Source: Priapulus caudatus
Lineage: Eukaryota
Assembly (NCBI RefSeq): GCF_000485595.1
Contig: NW_014577078.1
Coordinates: 453,773-481,880 of the forward strand
Direction of reading: 5' to 3'
Length of the DNA: 28,108 bases
Shown here: piece by piece, positions 19,260 to 28,108 of the stretch
Position numbering within the stretch: position 1 is the stretch's first letter
How the letters are laid out: each line of letters starts with the position of its first letter
The notes under the pieces: model-generated
Database searches by the model: none
Told to the model about the DNA's origin: nothing
Seen by the model: only the letters and a program-made list of their open reading frames with translations
Made by a program: the position numbers and the translations under genes

Positions 19260-22200
19260 AGATTCACAGTCTCCAATGTTGAGAGCCAGAGATTATATCT
19301 CTATTATGAGCTCTTGATATGATATATCTTCACCGTTGTTGTTTTCTTCCTATGTAATGTATCAGTGCTCTCAAATTCTGTTAGATGCTTATTTTACCCC
19401 TCTTGCAAGCAGTTCAAATTGTTATAGCTAATTATATTAATAAACAATGTTGAAATTTTGACTATTACACTTGAACTCCACGCTAAACACGCAGCGTACA
19501 CCGTATATAAATACGAGATCGCCTAACTATATATGGCATATGCCGGCTTGGCAGGAGAGATGTGACGTCGCGTGCAAGTAATCGCCCACAGCAATTTTTA
19601 TCTGAGCGCGGTAATTTCTCATATGTTAGCCCATGTAGCAACATTACTGCGTGATGATTCTGACAGATTATTTGAAATATTAGAAGAATATAATTATATC
19701 TATGATATACAAGTGTGACTGGGTTATTTTGACATTTAAAAGCTCGACAAATCCTTTAACAACGTCTACTATAGGTCCTTATGAAGAGCACTTGTCATTT
19801 CTACAGTTTCTTCATCGAGCCTTCCTCTAAACTTCTGAAGCTGTAGCTGATTCAGATGATCTGATGTATGTCGATGTGATGTATCTTTACGAATACATCT
19901 ACTATACTCAATAGCGAATTATTCCACTCGGAGCTTGTGCTCCGACTGCGCCACCGCCGCATAATCGGTGTATTGCTTTCTAAGCCGGACCGCTTTGGTG
20001 GGAGAGAAACGCGTTTCGATCTATTCAATGGCGATCTGTCACATCACAAACAATAATTATGTATCCATCAATGACACATGTTCCGATTTTCTACCTATCT
20101 TTTATGCTGTAACTCCGAGTTTTTTCTTGCGTCTCTTACTTACATAATTTTATGTAAATGGTCTGCGATTAACCTTTATTGTTGGGTGTGGATTATTTAG
20201 AACCGTCGCCGCCTGCTGATTACAATAATAACACAATTATATATTGTTATTCCTAGTACAACTACAACAGAAGTTAAAATCAGGATACATTCTAAAATTT
20301 CGCATTTACAGAACTAATCGAATTGCACGTTTATTAATAGTTATTATTCGTGCCCGATCTGTATTATAAATGAAAAGCTTCAACTTGCTGATAGAGTAAA
20401 CTACCTGCGTGTTCCTTTACCCTGTGAACTAAAGTCGGCAGTCTAGGTTAAATTGATCAATCCGTTTCAGCTCAATCTTTTGTAATTATATCGAACTCAT
20501 GGCCTTGCTATCGATGTAGTTTACAGCACGTTTATATATTTACGCCACTCTATATAATATTGAATTTCCATTCTCTAGCGACAGCTTTTTATGTATGCTT
20601 TCTTTGTAGACAGTTGTGACGGCGTGATGTGCATTACACAAGCTAAAAAGGTAGACTTCCCAAACTGTCAGTTGTTATATAATGTAAAACATAATCGCAG
20701 CTTCCTTAATATAGGAAGATGAAAAATGGACCCCGTAAACGTTTAATCAGGCAAAAAAATATATGAATATGAAACGACGAAAAATGTTCCATTACATTAG
20801 TTTCACGTCGTAACAGACTGTTTAAATAGTAGGGCCTACATATCACTTGCTATAACTAGGAGGGCTACCAGACAGGTAACTGGCTAGTCGATACTATGTG
20901 GAGTTATCGCGTATCAGGACTGAACTCAAAGAGAATCGGAACAACAGCATTACACGAAAATTTCAGCGAAGGCATTTTTATAACGTTCTCAATACAATTT
21001 TGGTAAGATTTTACAACGCGCTGTTGAAGCGACGTAATTTAAACGCCACCACGTTTCGTACGCACTTACCGAGGCTTCCGCTTGAAAGGTTAATAACACA
21101 ATAATGTAGAACTACTGTTACCACATTGAGTCTGATCACAAGTAGTGCCCGCGGTGACTCTACTGCTAGTAATAACACGGCATCGAGAAGTTATATGAAC
21201 TTTGTCGTTGTAATAATTTCTGACACGAGTTATCTAATGATTTCGTAAAGTGATATTTTTAAATTGCCAGCTTAGGGTTTTTGGCTAATGATTATATTTA
21301 AATTATTTAGGTGCTTCATACCTGAAAAATCAATGATAGCCAGACTGATTTGTGATGTTCACATTATAAAACGCAGAAAACGTCGGATGAATGCATGATT
21401 GAAACACTAAAAGCACAACATTTATCAATATAACTACCAATTAAATAACCTCTCAGCAATAATTAAAGTGATTAAAGCCAACATCTCTATCACAAAGTCA
21501 CGTCTTTACAAGAACGAATTTCTCGCGACAAGTCACACAACATTCCATTAACAGAAATCTCATGACCGTTATACAGAACGAACCACGTCCATCTCCCACA
21601 ATACTTTTTGTAGCACTTATGAGTCCGTATGTAAAATTGGTATAAGATTCAGCATGAAGCGAGTGAATGAAGGCAATCGCGTTAACAATGGGCAAAACGT
21701 ATCCAGGAAGGTTACTGCAATAAAGTTGTCATATCTGTCGTGAAAAGATTTACGTACACGGTACACCGCATGTGACATAAAAGAATGCGTTTTTTTACAG
21801 GTAATAGGAGCTTAGTTTTAATGTTCATTTGGTTGTCAAGACTGCACATTACACAGAGCAATTTGTGGAAGCAAGTAAACACTATAATTTTATTTTTTTC
21901 TTTATTGTAAATTCCGTACTTTTAAGCCTTTTGTATAAATGAGAGGGAGATAGATAGACGGATAGCGAAAATGGTGACAGAGAAGTGGGCAGCACAGGGA
22001 TGGAGAGAGAGGGAGAGATGGCGGAAATCGTATTACGCTACCAATGCAACACAGTAAAATTAGATGAAATAATCCAGTGAAACGTTTTGACCTGCCATAC
22101 AAACTCAGGCATGCTGCTGTCTTTTATTTTATTTTTTTATTCTGGAAATATGTTCGGATAGTCCGATACGTGTGTTATTAGATGCACTCGATTACAGAAA

Positions 22201-23205
22201 TCAAGATATTGCTAACAACAGATATAAACCCACCGCACTCTCTATTAGATCGCTGACTGAAGAAAATGATCGTATATCATGAATTACCGTTTGAGATTTA
22301 AATATGTAAACAAAAGGGACTTTGAATGTGAGTGATCATCCTAGTGGTCTATAGAAAATAAGTCGTTTAAATAACAGCGTTTACTGCATTTATATAATAA
22401 TGAATTGTTTCGTAGCTAGAATACTAAGCTCACAAACGAGGCTGTATGGTACAGGGGATTTAAAGGGAGTATATTAAGATGTATATTTCGCCACAACTAC
22501 ACTACACAGCTCACGATTCGCACATACTCTCGCTTCATGATTGATATAACGATTTACATGTATCGCAGACCAATGCACGTCATTGTGTAAAGTGAATCTT
22601 TTTACGGTGATTAAAAATATGTATATTATTTTGCAGCACATAAGGCACCTTATATTCCACACAACAATACACGTATTTACCGGAAGCAAAGAACAATGTA
22701 AATTATCTTCCACATGTGCATTACTTTATGATACATGCAAATCTGTCTTGAAATGCAACTGATGGGAGATCAATTTTACAATAAATTTTTCGGAGTGAAA
22801 AATCTACAGGGATGTGAAGTTCATTGAAGTGCATGAAACTAATAGAAGGAATTTCTTTCAGACAACAAGAGAAGTTCCTGAAATAGGAGCATTTCACCGG
22901 GCTCGAGCTTTATGACGAACCGTCTCCCTATACACGACGTATATGCCTTAAATCACTATACACCATTTTATATGTTTCATTAATATTCATCAGCCACTCA
23001 GTGAACAGCAAGATCTTGCTCCCCCACGATTTACGGCCATAGAAAGGTATAAATAGATAACACGGGGTAGCTCAACAAGATTCGCATGTGCCCTAGGACT
23101 GCTGTCAGCAATATTGCAGTTATATTGCATCCTCGTGCAGTAATCGTAATGTAACGTATACTCGATGTGAGTGACGGACGCAGGATGTACTTTGCAGAGA
23201 CGTAT

Positions 23206-23277
23206 TTACAAGTAGATTCTTCTCAAATCCTGCGGCGATGTGATGACGTTACACTGTGGGCACAGCTTCTTCGCACC
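23206..23277 (-). CDS. RNF220: RNF220 last coding exon
   Basis: gcag|GGT GCG AAG ... TAC TTG TAA encodes GAKKLCPQCNVITSPQDLRRIYL*, the characteristic RNF220 C-terminus. Confidence 0.95.
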   Translation of the reverse strand, partial: GAKKLCPQCNVITSPQDLRRIYL

Positions 23278-23668
23278 CTGCATCACACAAAACCAAAGTT
23301 TAATATGATCTAGTAAATTTCCACGTAGACCACTGGTGCTTAACTTCTGGGTCATGATGTAAGTTCAAGTGTGTTACCAAAGATCTCGCTCTAGTGACTT
23401 AAAACTTCAATAGGTACTAATATGATATAAACAGTATAAATTAGTAATATATAGACAAACACTTAAAACTCTAACAGCTAACTGAAGCTTTTCCTCAAAC
23501 TTATATTTCATGTAGTTGCACCAAAGCGGCACCGTGGTAGCCCAACAAGCTGAATAAAAGTCACAGCCGAAAATCGTAATTCACTTGACGCGAGAAACGT
23601 TCGATTGGCATTTTATTGAATCAGACGCGATATTGAACAGGTCCCAGAACCTCGTATAATTAACTCAC

Positions 23669-23743
23669 CATGGTCCTGAGCCAGCACTCCTCGCAGTGTG
23701 TGTGCCAACATTGTACGGACACCACCGGCGTTGTAAACTGTTC
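23669..23743 (-). CDS. RNF220: RNF220 coding exon (RING core)
   Basis: gtag|GAA ... ATG|gtgagt. Encodes EQFTTPVVSVQCWHTHCEECWLRTM. Confidence 0.95.
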
Positions 23744-23926
23744 CTACAATGTGCAACGAGCATTTCATGTTAAAACAGCTACGTAGATGCTTAGGAGCAT
23801 GTTGTCAGAAACATTACGCATGGTTATAAGTGAAAATAATGCTTACGAGATCCAGAATAAATTACTGACAGCATAAACACAACGAAACACAAAATATTTG
23901 AGGTTATTATAAATAGCCTAACCTAC

Positions 23927-24038
23927 CATGCAAATTAAGCATTTGTATTTGTCTCCCTGTTTCAACAGCTCTTCTTGTTCCCGAAGTTTCGCCTTGAGTG
24001 ACTCTATTATTTTCACCGTTGATGGTGCAGTACTACAA
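23927..24038 (-). CDS. RNF220: RNF220 coding exon (coiled coil and start of RING)
   Basis: ctcag|T TGT ... TGC ATG|gtaggt. Encodes CSTAPSTVKIIESLKAKLREQEELLKQGDKYKCLICM. Confidence 0.93.
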
Positions 24039-24438
24039 CTGAGATAAAAGCAGGAGATTGATCAAAAACCTTCAGGATACGAAACACAGGTTTCACAGGT
24101 AAATATTTGCCAAGTTAGGCAGCATTTGGTAAACTTCATAAAAGGAGTCAGAGCTGTGTAAGTTTATAGGAAATTAAAAATAACATAAAAAATCATCAAA
24201 AAGGAGAGAAAAAATTAAAGCATTCTTATTACTTAGGTATTTAGTATACTTGCACAGAAATTAATAATACTTAGCATAGTTGTATAATAATAGTAAATAA
24301 TACTTGGATAGCTAAGGTGAACCGAGATTGGAGCCTAGGTGGCCAATTTACACCACTATTGCAAAAGTTGCAGCCTTGCAATTTTTTTGGTATTGAATTG
24401 CATTGATCCTTGACTTTGGTTCAACCTTCACTACTAAC

Positions 24439-24481
24439 CTTGGTTGCTGCGAGTCTGTTGCTGGTGGTGATGAGGTCGACT
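24439..24481 (-). CDS. RNF220: RNF220 small (43-nt) linker exon
   Basis: ttgtag|AG TCG ... CCA AG|gttagt encodes STSSPPATDSQQP. Its phases (1 in, 2 out) bridge the neighbouring exons exactly. Confidence 0.75.
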
Positions 24482-24776
24482 CTACAACAAAATATACAGA
24501 TAATCATGAATATATCTATAGTAGAGTATAGAGATTTCCATGATATACACAATATCAAATGAACTGTATTAATTAGTAGTTTATGTGCTCAAATGTGCTC
24601 AAGCGTGGTGTAATGATACACATAGTTTATAATCTCAAGAAGCAAGCTTTATGGTAATGTTTACTGATATGTAACTTTCAATCTTTGTAGCCTTTCATAA
24701 ACTCATTAATCCTTGCAAAACTGTGCGAATAATGGCAGGCTTCAGGAGCGACACTGTAGTCACATCTAGTAGTATA

Positions 24777-25028
24777 GCTCATAGGGTCTAAGTCCCCCAG
24801 GGTACTGCCGGAACGTACCCTGGGTACGGTCCGGTATACCAGAACGTACCCTGGTCTCTATTTGATATGGTTAGGGTTAGGATTAGGGTTCGGGTTCGGG
24901 TTAGGGTTAGGGAGTAGGTGTAGGCGACTACCTAGACTCGTTAGTGGAGTGGCGAGGTACGGTACGGCATATTAGATAGTACCAGGGTACGTTCCGGCAG
25001 TACCCCGGGGGACATAGACCCTCTCAGC
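24777..25028 (-). mobile_element. Mutator(MULE)-like MITE with internal telomeric repeats, copy 2 (inverted relative to copy 1)
   Basis: Reverse-complement match to 12724-12976. Perfect 9-bp TSD AGTAGTATA at 24768-24776 and 25029-25037. (TTAGGG/TTCGGG)n at ~24869-24912. Confidence 0.88.
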
Positions 25029-25069
25029 AGTAGTATATATAGTAGTAAACACGGCGAGTTCTGACTGAC

Positions 25070-25131
25070 CTTCGTACACTGATGCCCAGCGGTTTCTTGT
25101 TGGATGCGGCTGCTGTGATGAAGCTTCTTCC
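25070..25131 (-). CDS. RNF220: RNF220 small (62-nt) linker exon
   Basis: aatcag|G GAA ... GAA G|gtcagt encodes EEASSQQPHPTRNRWASVYE. Phases (2 in, 1 out) are compatible. Confidence 0.75.
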
Positions 25132-25408
25132 CTGATTGCAGACAAACAACAAGATAAATCACTGCTGACTATACAGGTTTCTCAACAAATACATGCAACT
25201 CGATCTGCTGTCCATTATTACAAGCATTTCCCATAATTCATGCTGCCTGTATTGCCATAGATATTATCATCTATCATTCATAATTCATCTAGATTCGTGT
25301 TAAAATCATGCTATTTGTGCCAAGATCGAATCCAAATAAAGTCCTAGACGCTAATTTACGACCTTTCCGAGATGGGAATACAACTGGCACCGCCTATAGT
25401 AACCTTAC

Positions 25409-25589
25409 CCTACGACGGCTCCCCTCAGGGCCTGTTGCGCTTGAGCTTCCCCTGGTTCGGCAGCGCAGGGTATCACATCACCCTCTCCGTACTGTGGCCG
25501 CCCATAGATGGCGTCATCATCACCATCCACGTTAAGGTCCGCATCAGTCTCAGCTTCACTGGCTTTTAAACTGGAGTGGAAGCCTAGAT
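25409..25589 (-). CDS. RNF220: RNF220 coding exon
   Basis: cgtag|AT CTA ... GTA GG|gtaagg. Encodes LGFHSSLKASEAETDADLNVDGDDDAIYGRPQYGEGDVIPCAAEPGEAQAQQALRGAVV with the conserved DLxVDGDD..YGxPQY..DVIPC motif. Confidence 0.93.
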
Positions 25590-26176
25590 CTACGAAGAAA
25601 GGCGAGACAGTGAGAGTTAGAGATGCTCAAGTGAAGAAGTGTTAGTAGTAGGGTTAGCGATAGGGCCGACACTGGTAATGAGAATTAATAGCCAGGCAGC
25701 AATGTATTTTAGTTCAAACTACTTTATCTGTATACTCACGAACATCTGTATATATTACGATTACACACTGCCTATTATGGTAATGAAAAATGACAAGATC
25801 GGCTCATTACCTAATATTTTGATGACACTGTATAATCACTGTAGATGTACGAGACATACGGAAGGTAAATCTAACTATATTTCACATCAGCATTACTGCC
25901 ATATGGAAAATAATGCGATTATTTCTGGATACGCATCCGTAGCCTGAATATACGTTTGTTATTCATATAAACCAGTCAGACAGACTAGCGGTAACAATAC
26001 ATTTACTGCTGTCATTCTTGCTTTAGTCCAGTCTCCAGTGAGTACATTTTGTTCCTCCTTACTCATAAATCATAGCAATTTCTGTTTGTTTGTAAAGCTT
26101 CCATCACTAGCACCTAGCCCAGCACATGAATTCTGACATCACAGGTTGCCGGTACGTGCGCGCTGCTAGGGCCTAC

Positions 26177-26294
26177 CTGTTAGCTTGCCATCGACCATGG
26201 ACGTAGCTCGCACACGCGTCTGTCCGGCCCACTCGTACTCCTCGAATCCTTCTCCTTCTACATCCAGCAACTCATCGTCACTTACCACGCTCTG
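26177..26294 (-). CDS. RNF220: RNF220 coding exon (tandem acceptor; alternative start 26291)
   Basis: ttgcag|CAG AGC ... ACA G|gtaggc. Encodes QSVVSDDELLDVEGEGFEEYEWAGQTRVRATSMVDGKLT with the FEEYEW.GQ.R.RAT motif. Confidence 0.93.
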
Positions 26295-26319
26295 CTGCAA
26301 GACGACACAGGGCAAAATG

Positions 26320-26490
26320 TACTGTATACGCCATATTGTTTGTGTATAGATATTTTCGCGAATTCCGACTTGACGGACAATTTCGCGAGTGGTTAATTTC
26401 GCGGTCGGTGAGTTATGAATTATTCGGTATTATTTGGTATGAATTATTTGCGTGTTGTTATTTTCGTGGTCGGTTCAAATACATTGAAAT
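26320..26490. mobile_element. Tc1/mariner-type MITE fragment in RNF220 intron
   Basis: Starts TACTGTA followed by repeated ATTTTCGCG/ATTTCGCG motifs. Second end not seen. Confidence 0.4.
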
Positions 26491-26986
26491 ATACGACTAA
26501 CTATGCTGATGCAAAATCTATGCTGCATCATCAATATTTCAGAGGCAAGTATGTACAACTCTTACTCCTAGCATTTCAGTCAAGTGTTAACAATGTGGTT
26601 GTGATATTCTCTGAAGTTTAATACTATTCCAGAAAACTTTTCCAAGTGAATACATTTCATTGTGGGCAGGGTACCGTGAATGATTATTCCACCACATACG
26701 CTTTCCAGAAGTCACGTCTAATGTGAAGCGAAACTAATTATTAAACGTAAAAAAACCTCAAAGATAAATCCATTCTTTTCAGCAAAAGTGGCACTGCACT
26801 CACGCCAACAACAGTAACTCAATAACTTCACTGTCTAGATTAGATAATGTTACGATGCAAGATACAAGTGGCCGTGATTTACTATCCCGGTCAGCGGCGA
26901 AATAACAAGAGAGCTGGCATTGTAACTCTTCACCCCTGTTCTCGGTGAGACTGGGGCTGCCACTGACTTAGCTTGTCTGTAGTTAC

Positions 26987-27105
26987 CTTTCTTAAGCACT
27001 GCTCCACATGTTCGTGGAGCTCGTCTGAACTGCCTGTGATTTTCCGACTGCATACGGGGCACGCTGCCTCCTCTGCCTTCTTCCTCTTACTCTTCCCTGA
27101 CCGAG
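26987..27105 (-). CDS. RNF220: RNF220 coding exon (basic stretch and C2HC zinc finger)
   Basis: ttacag|CT CGG ... AGA AAG|gtaact. Encodes RSGKSKRKKAEEAACPVCSRKITGSSDELHEHVEQCLRK. Confidence 0.93.
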
Positions 27106-27649
27106 CTGTAATCAAGTACGCATGCACGTATTTGCATCAGAGAAATGTTGCAGAACAGTTGATAAGATATATCAACAAGTTACACATCTTTAAAGTGATA
27201 TGAACGAATATTAAATTGGCATAATATGAGTAGCAATGTATTTAATGATAATAATAATAATAATGTTATTTAATAATTTAATAATAACTTAAAAACAAGT
27301 TTCTGTTATGTGGTAAATACATCAGCTACCTTCTACCAAGATTACATTGGTATGAGCCATTTACACTCACGTTTACTATCAAGATTTAACATCAAGATTT
27401 AACATCAAGATATGTGTAATGTGCATAATTACTTATACCTTTCTTATCTATGTAGATGCAATAAAGACAGCAATACTCCTGTGACAGTATTGCAAGTGAT
27501 TACAGGGTGTGCACAATTTTTTAGTCGAGTGTCATACATTCATGCTGAACCGGTTTGTAATATTTTGCAATTATGGTCAATTCAAATGTCGAGCAAACGC
27601 ATACAACAGTAATTTACCAACCGAACAATCTACCTGCATCACCACTCAC

Positions 27650-27779
27650 CTCCCAAGCGTGTTTGTCTGTTGACTTTGACCTTGAGAAAGGTCTCGTATC
27701 TAGACTCCGGAGTCACTCCAGCTTCAGACGGCGGGGAATCCTTGCCTTTTTTACTTGAGCCTGGCGTGCTTTGTGGCGT
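27650..27779 (-). CDS. RNF220: RNF220 coding exon (most 5' exon in window; gene continues beyond)
   Basis: ccctgcag|ACG ... GGA G|gtgagt. Encodes TPQSTPGSSKKGKDSPPSEAGVTPESRYETFLKVKVNRQTRLG with the RYxTFLxVxxNRQTRL motif. Confidence 0.9.
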
Positions 27780-27854
27780 CTGCAGGGAGAAAATTTCATG
27801 GTTAGTTTCTCAAAGTGTCAACAAAAGTTCTCAGGAAACAATGCACATTCTCAG

Positions 27855-28002
27855 TGTCTTGTTGTGTTGTGTTTGGTGTGTGTTTGTGTGTTGCTTGTAT
27901 GTATGTGTGTTTTGGTATTTGTTTGTTTTTGCTTGTTTTGTCTTTGTTGTTGTTTTGTGTTGTGTTGGTTGTTGTGTGTGTTGTTGTGTTTGTTGTGTGT
28001 GT
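27855..28002. repeat. TG/TTG-rich low-complexity tract (intronic)
   Basis: Read directly; explains the C/V/L-rich ORFs. Confidence 0.9.
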
Positions 28003-28108
28003 CGCGCGGCGCTGCCGGTGTGTGCGGTGTCCTATGATCACTGCGTATAAGAATGCGGGGCTATAGATGAAAAACTACGATATATCACATCGTGATGGGT
28101 TTATTGCC

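Noticed and set aside
19770..19945. Short minus-strand open frame (..RCIRKDTSHRHTSDHLNQLQLQKFRGRLDEE..) and hairpin TCGGAGC-TTGT-GCTCCGA
   Set aside because: No recognisable homology or partner exons, and one 7-bp stem is expected by chance.
27378..27411. 13-bp tandem duplication ATCAAGATTTAAC
   Set aside because: Ordinary intronic slippage duplication with no evidence of function.
27670..28066. Cys/Val-rich membrane-like ORFs
   Set aside because: Translations of the TG-rich low-complexity tract, antisense to RNF220.

Overview
This is animal (probably invertebrate) nuclear DNA, not prokaryotic. It holds the 3' parts of two convergent spliced genes. DAW1/WDR69 (ODA16 orthologue; 4 coding exons, + strand, 2972-13382) and RNF220 (8 coding exons, - strand, 27779-23206) both splice in frame at GT-AG junctions. 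The DAW1 introns and the intergenic gap contain nested transposable elements: a minus-strand LTR with polypurine tract (PPT) at 52-852, a decayed hAT transposase, and a 5'-truncated sense-strand Gypsy element (pol, extra 3' ORF, 3' LTR; ~4290-11116) carrying a non-autonomous hAT in its integrase. Also present are a Helitron-like element, a second Gypsy integrase relic, an Academ-like Cys-rich relic, a Deu/Nin-domain SINE fragment, and two copies of a ~250-bp MITE with 9-bp TSDs and internal TTAGGG repeats. The most notable item is an intact, non-env-like 197-aa ORF downstream of the broken Gypsy pol, preceded by a strong splice acceptor, which suggests an accessory protein made from a spliced subgenomic RNA. 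All family assignments come from motif recognition by eye; no database searches were run.
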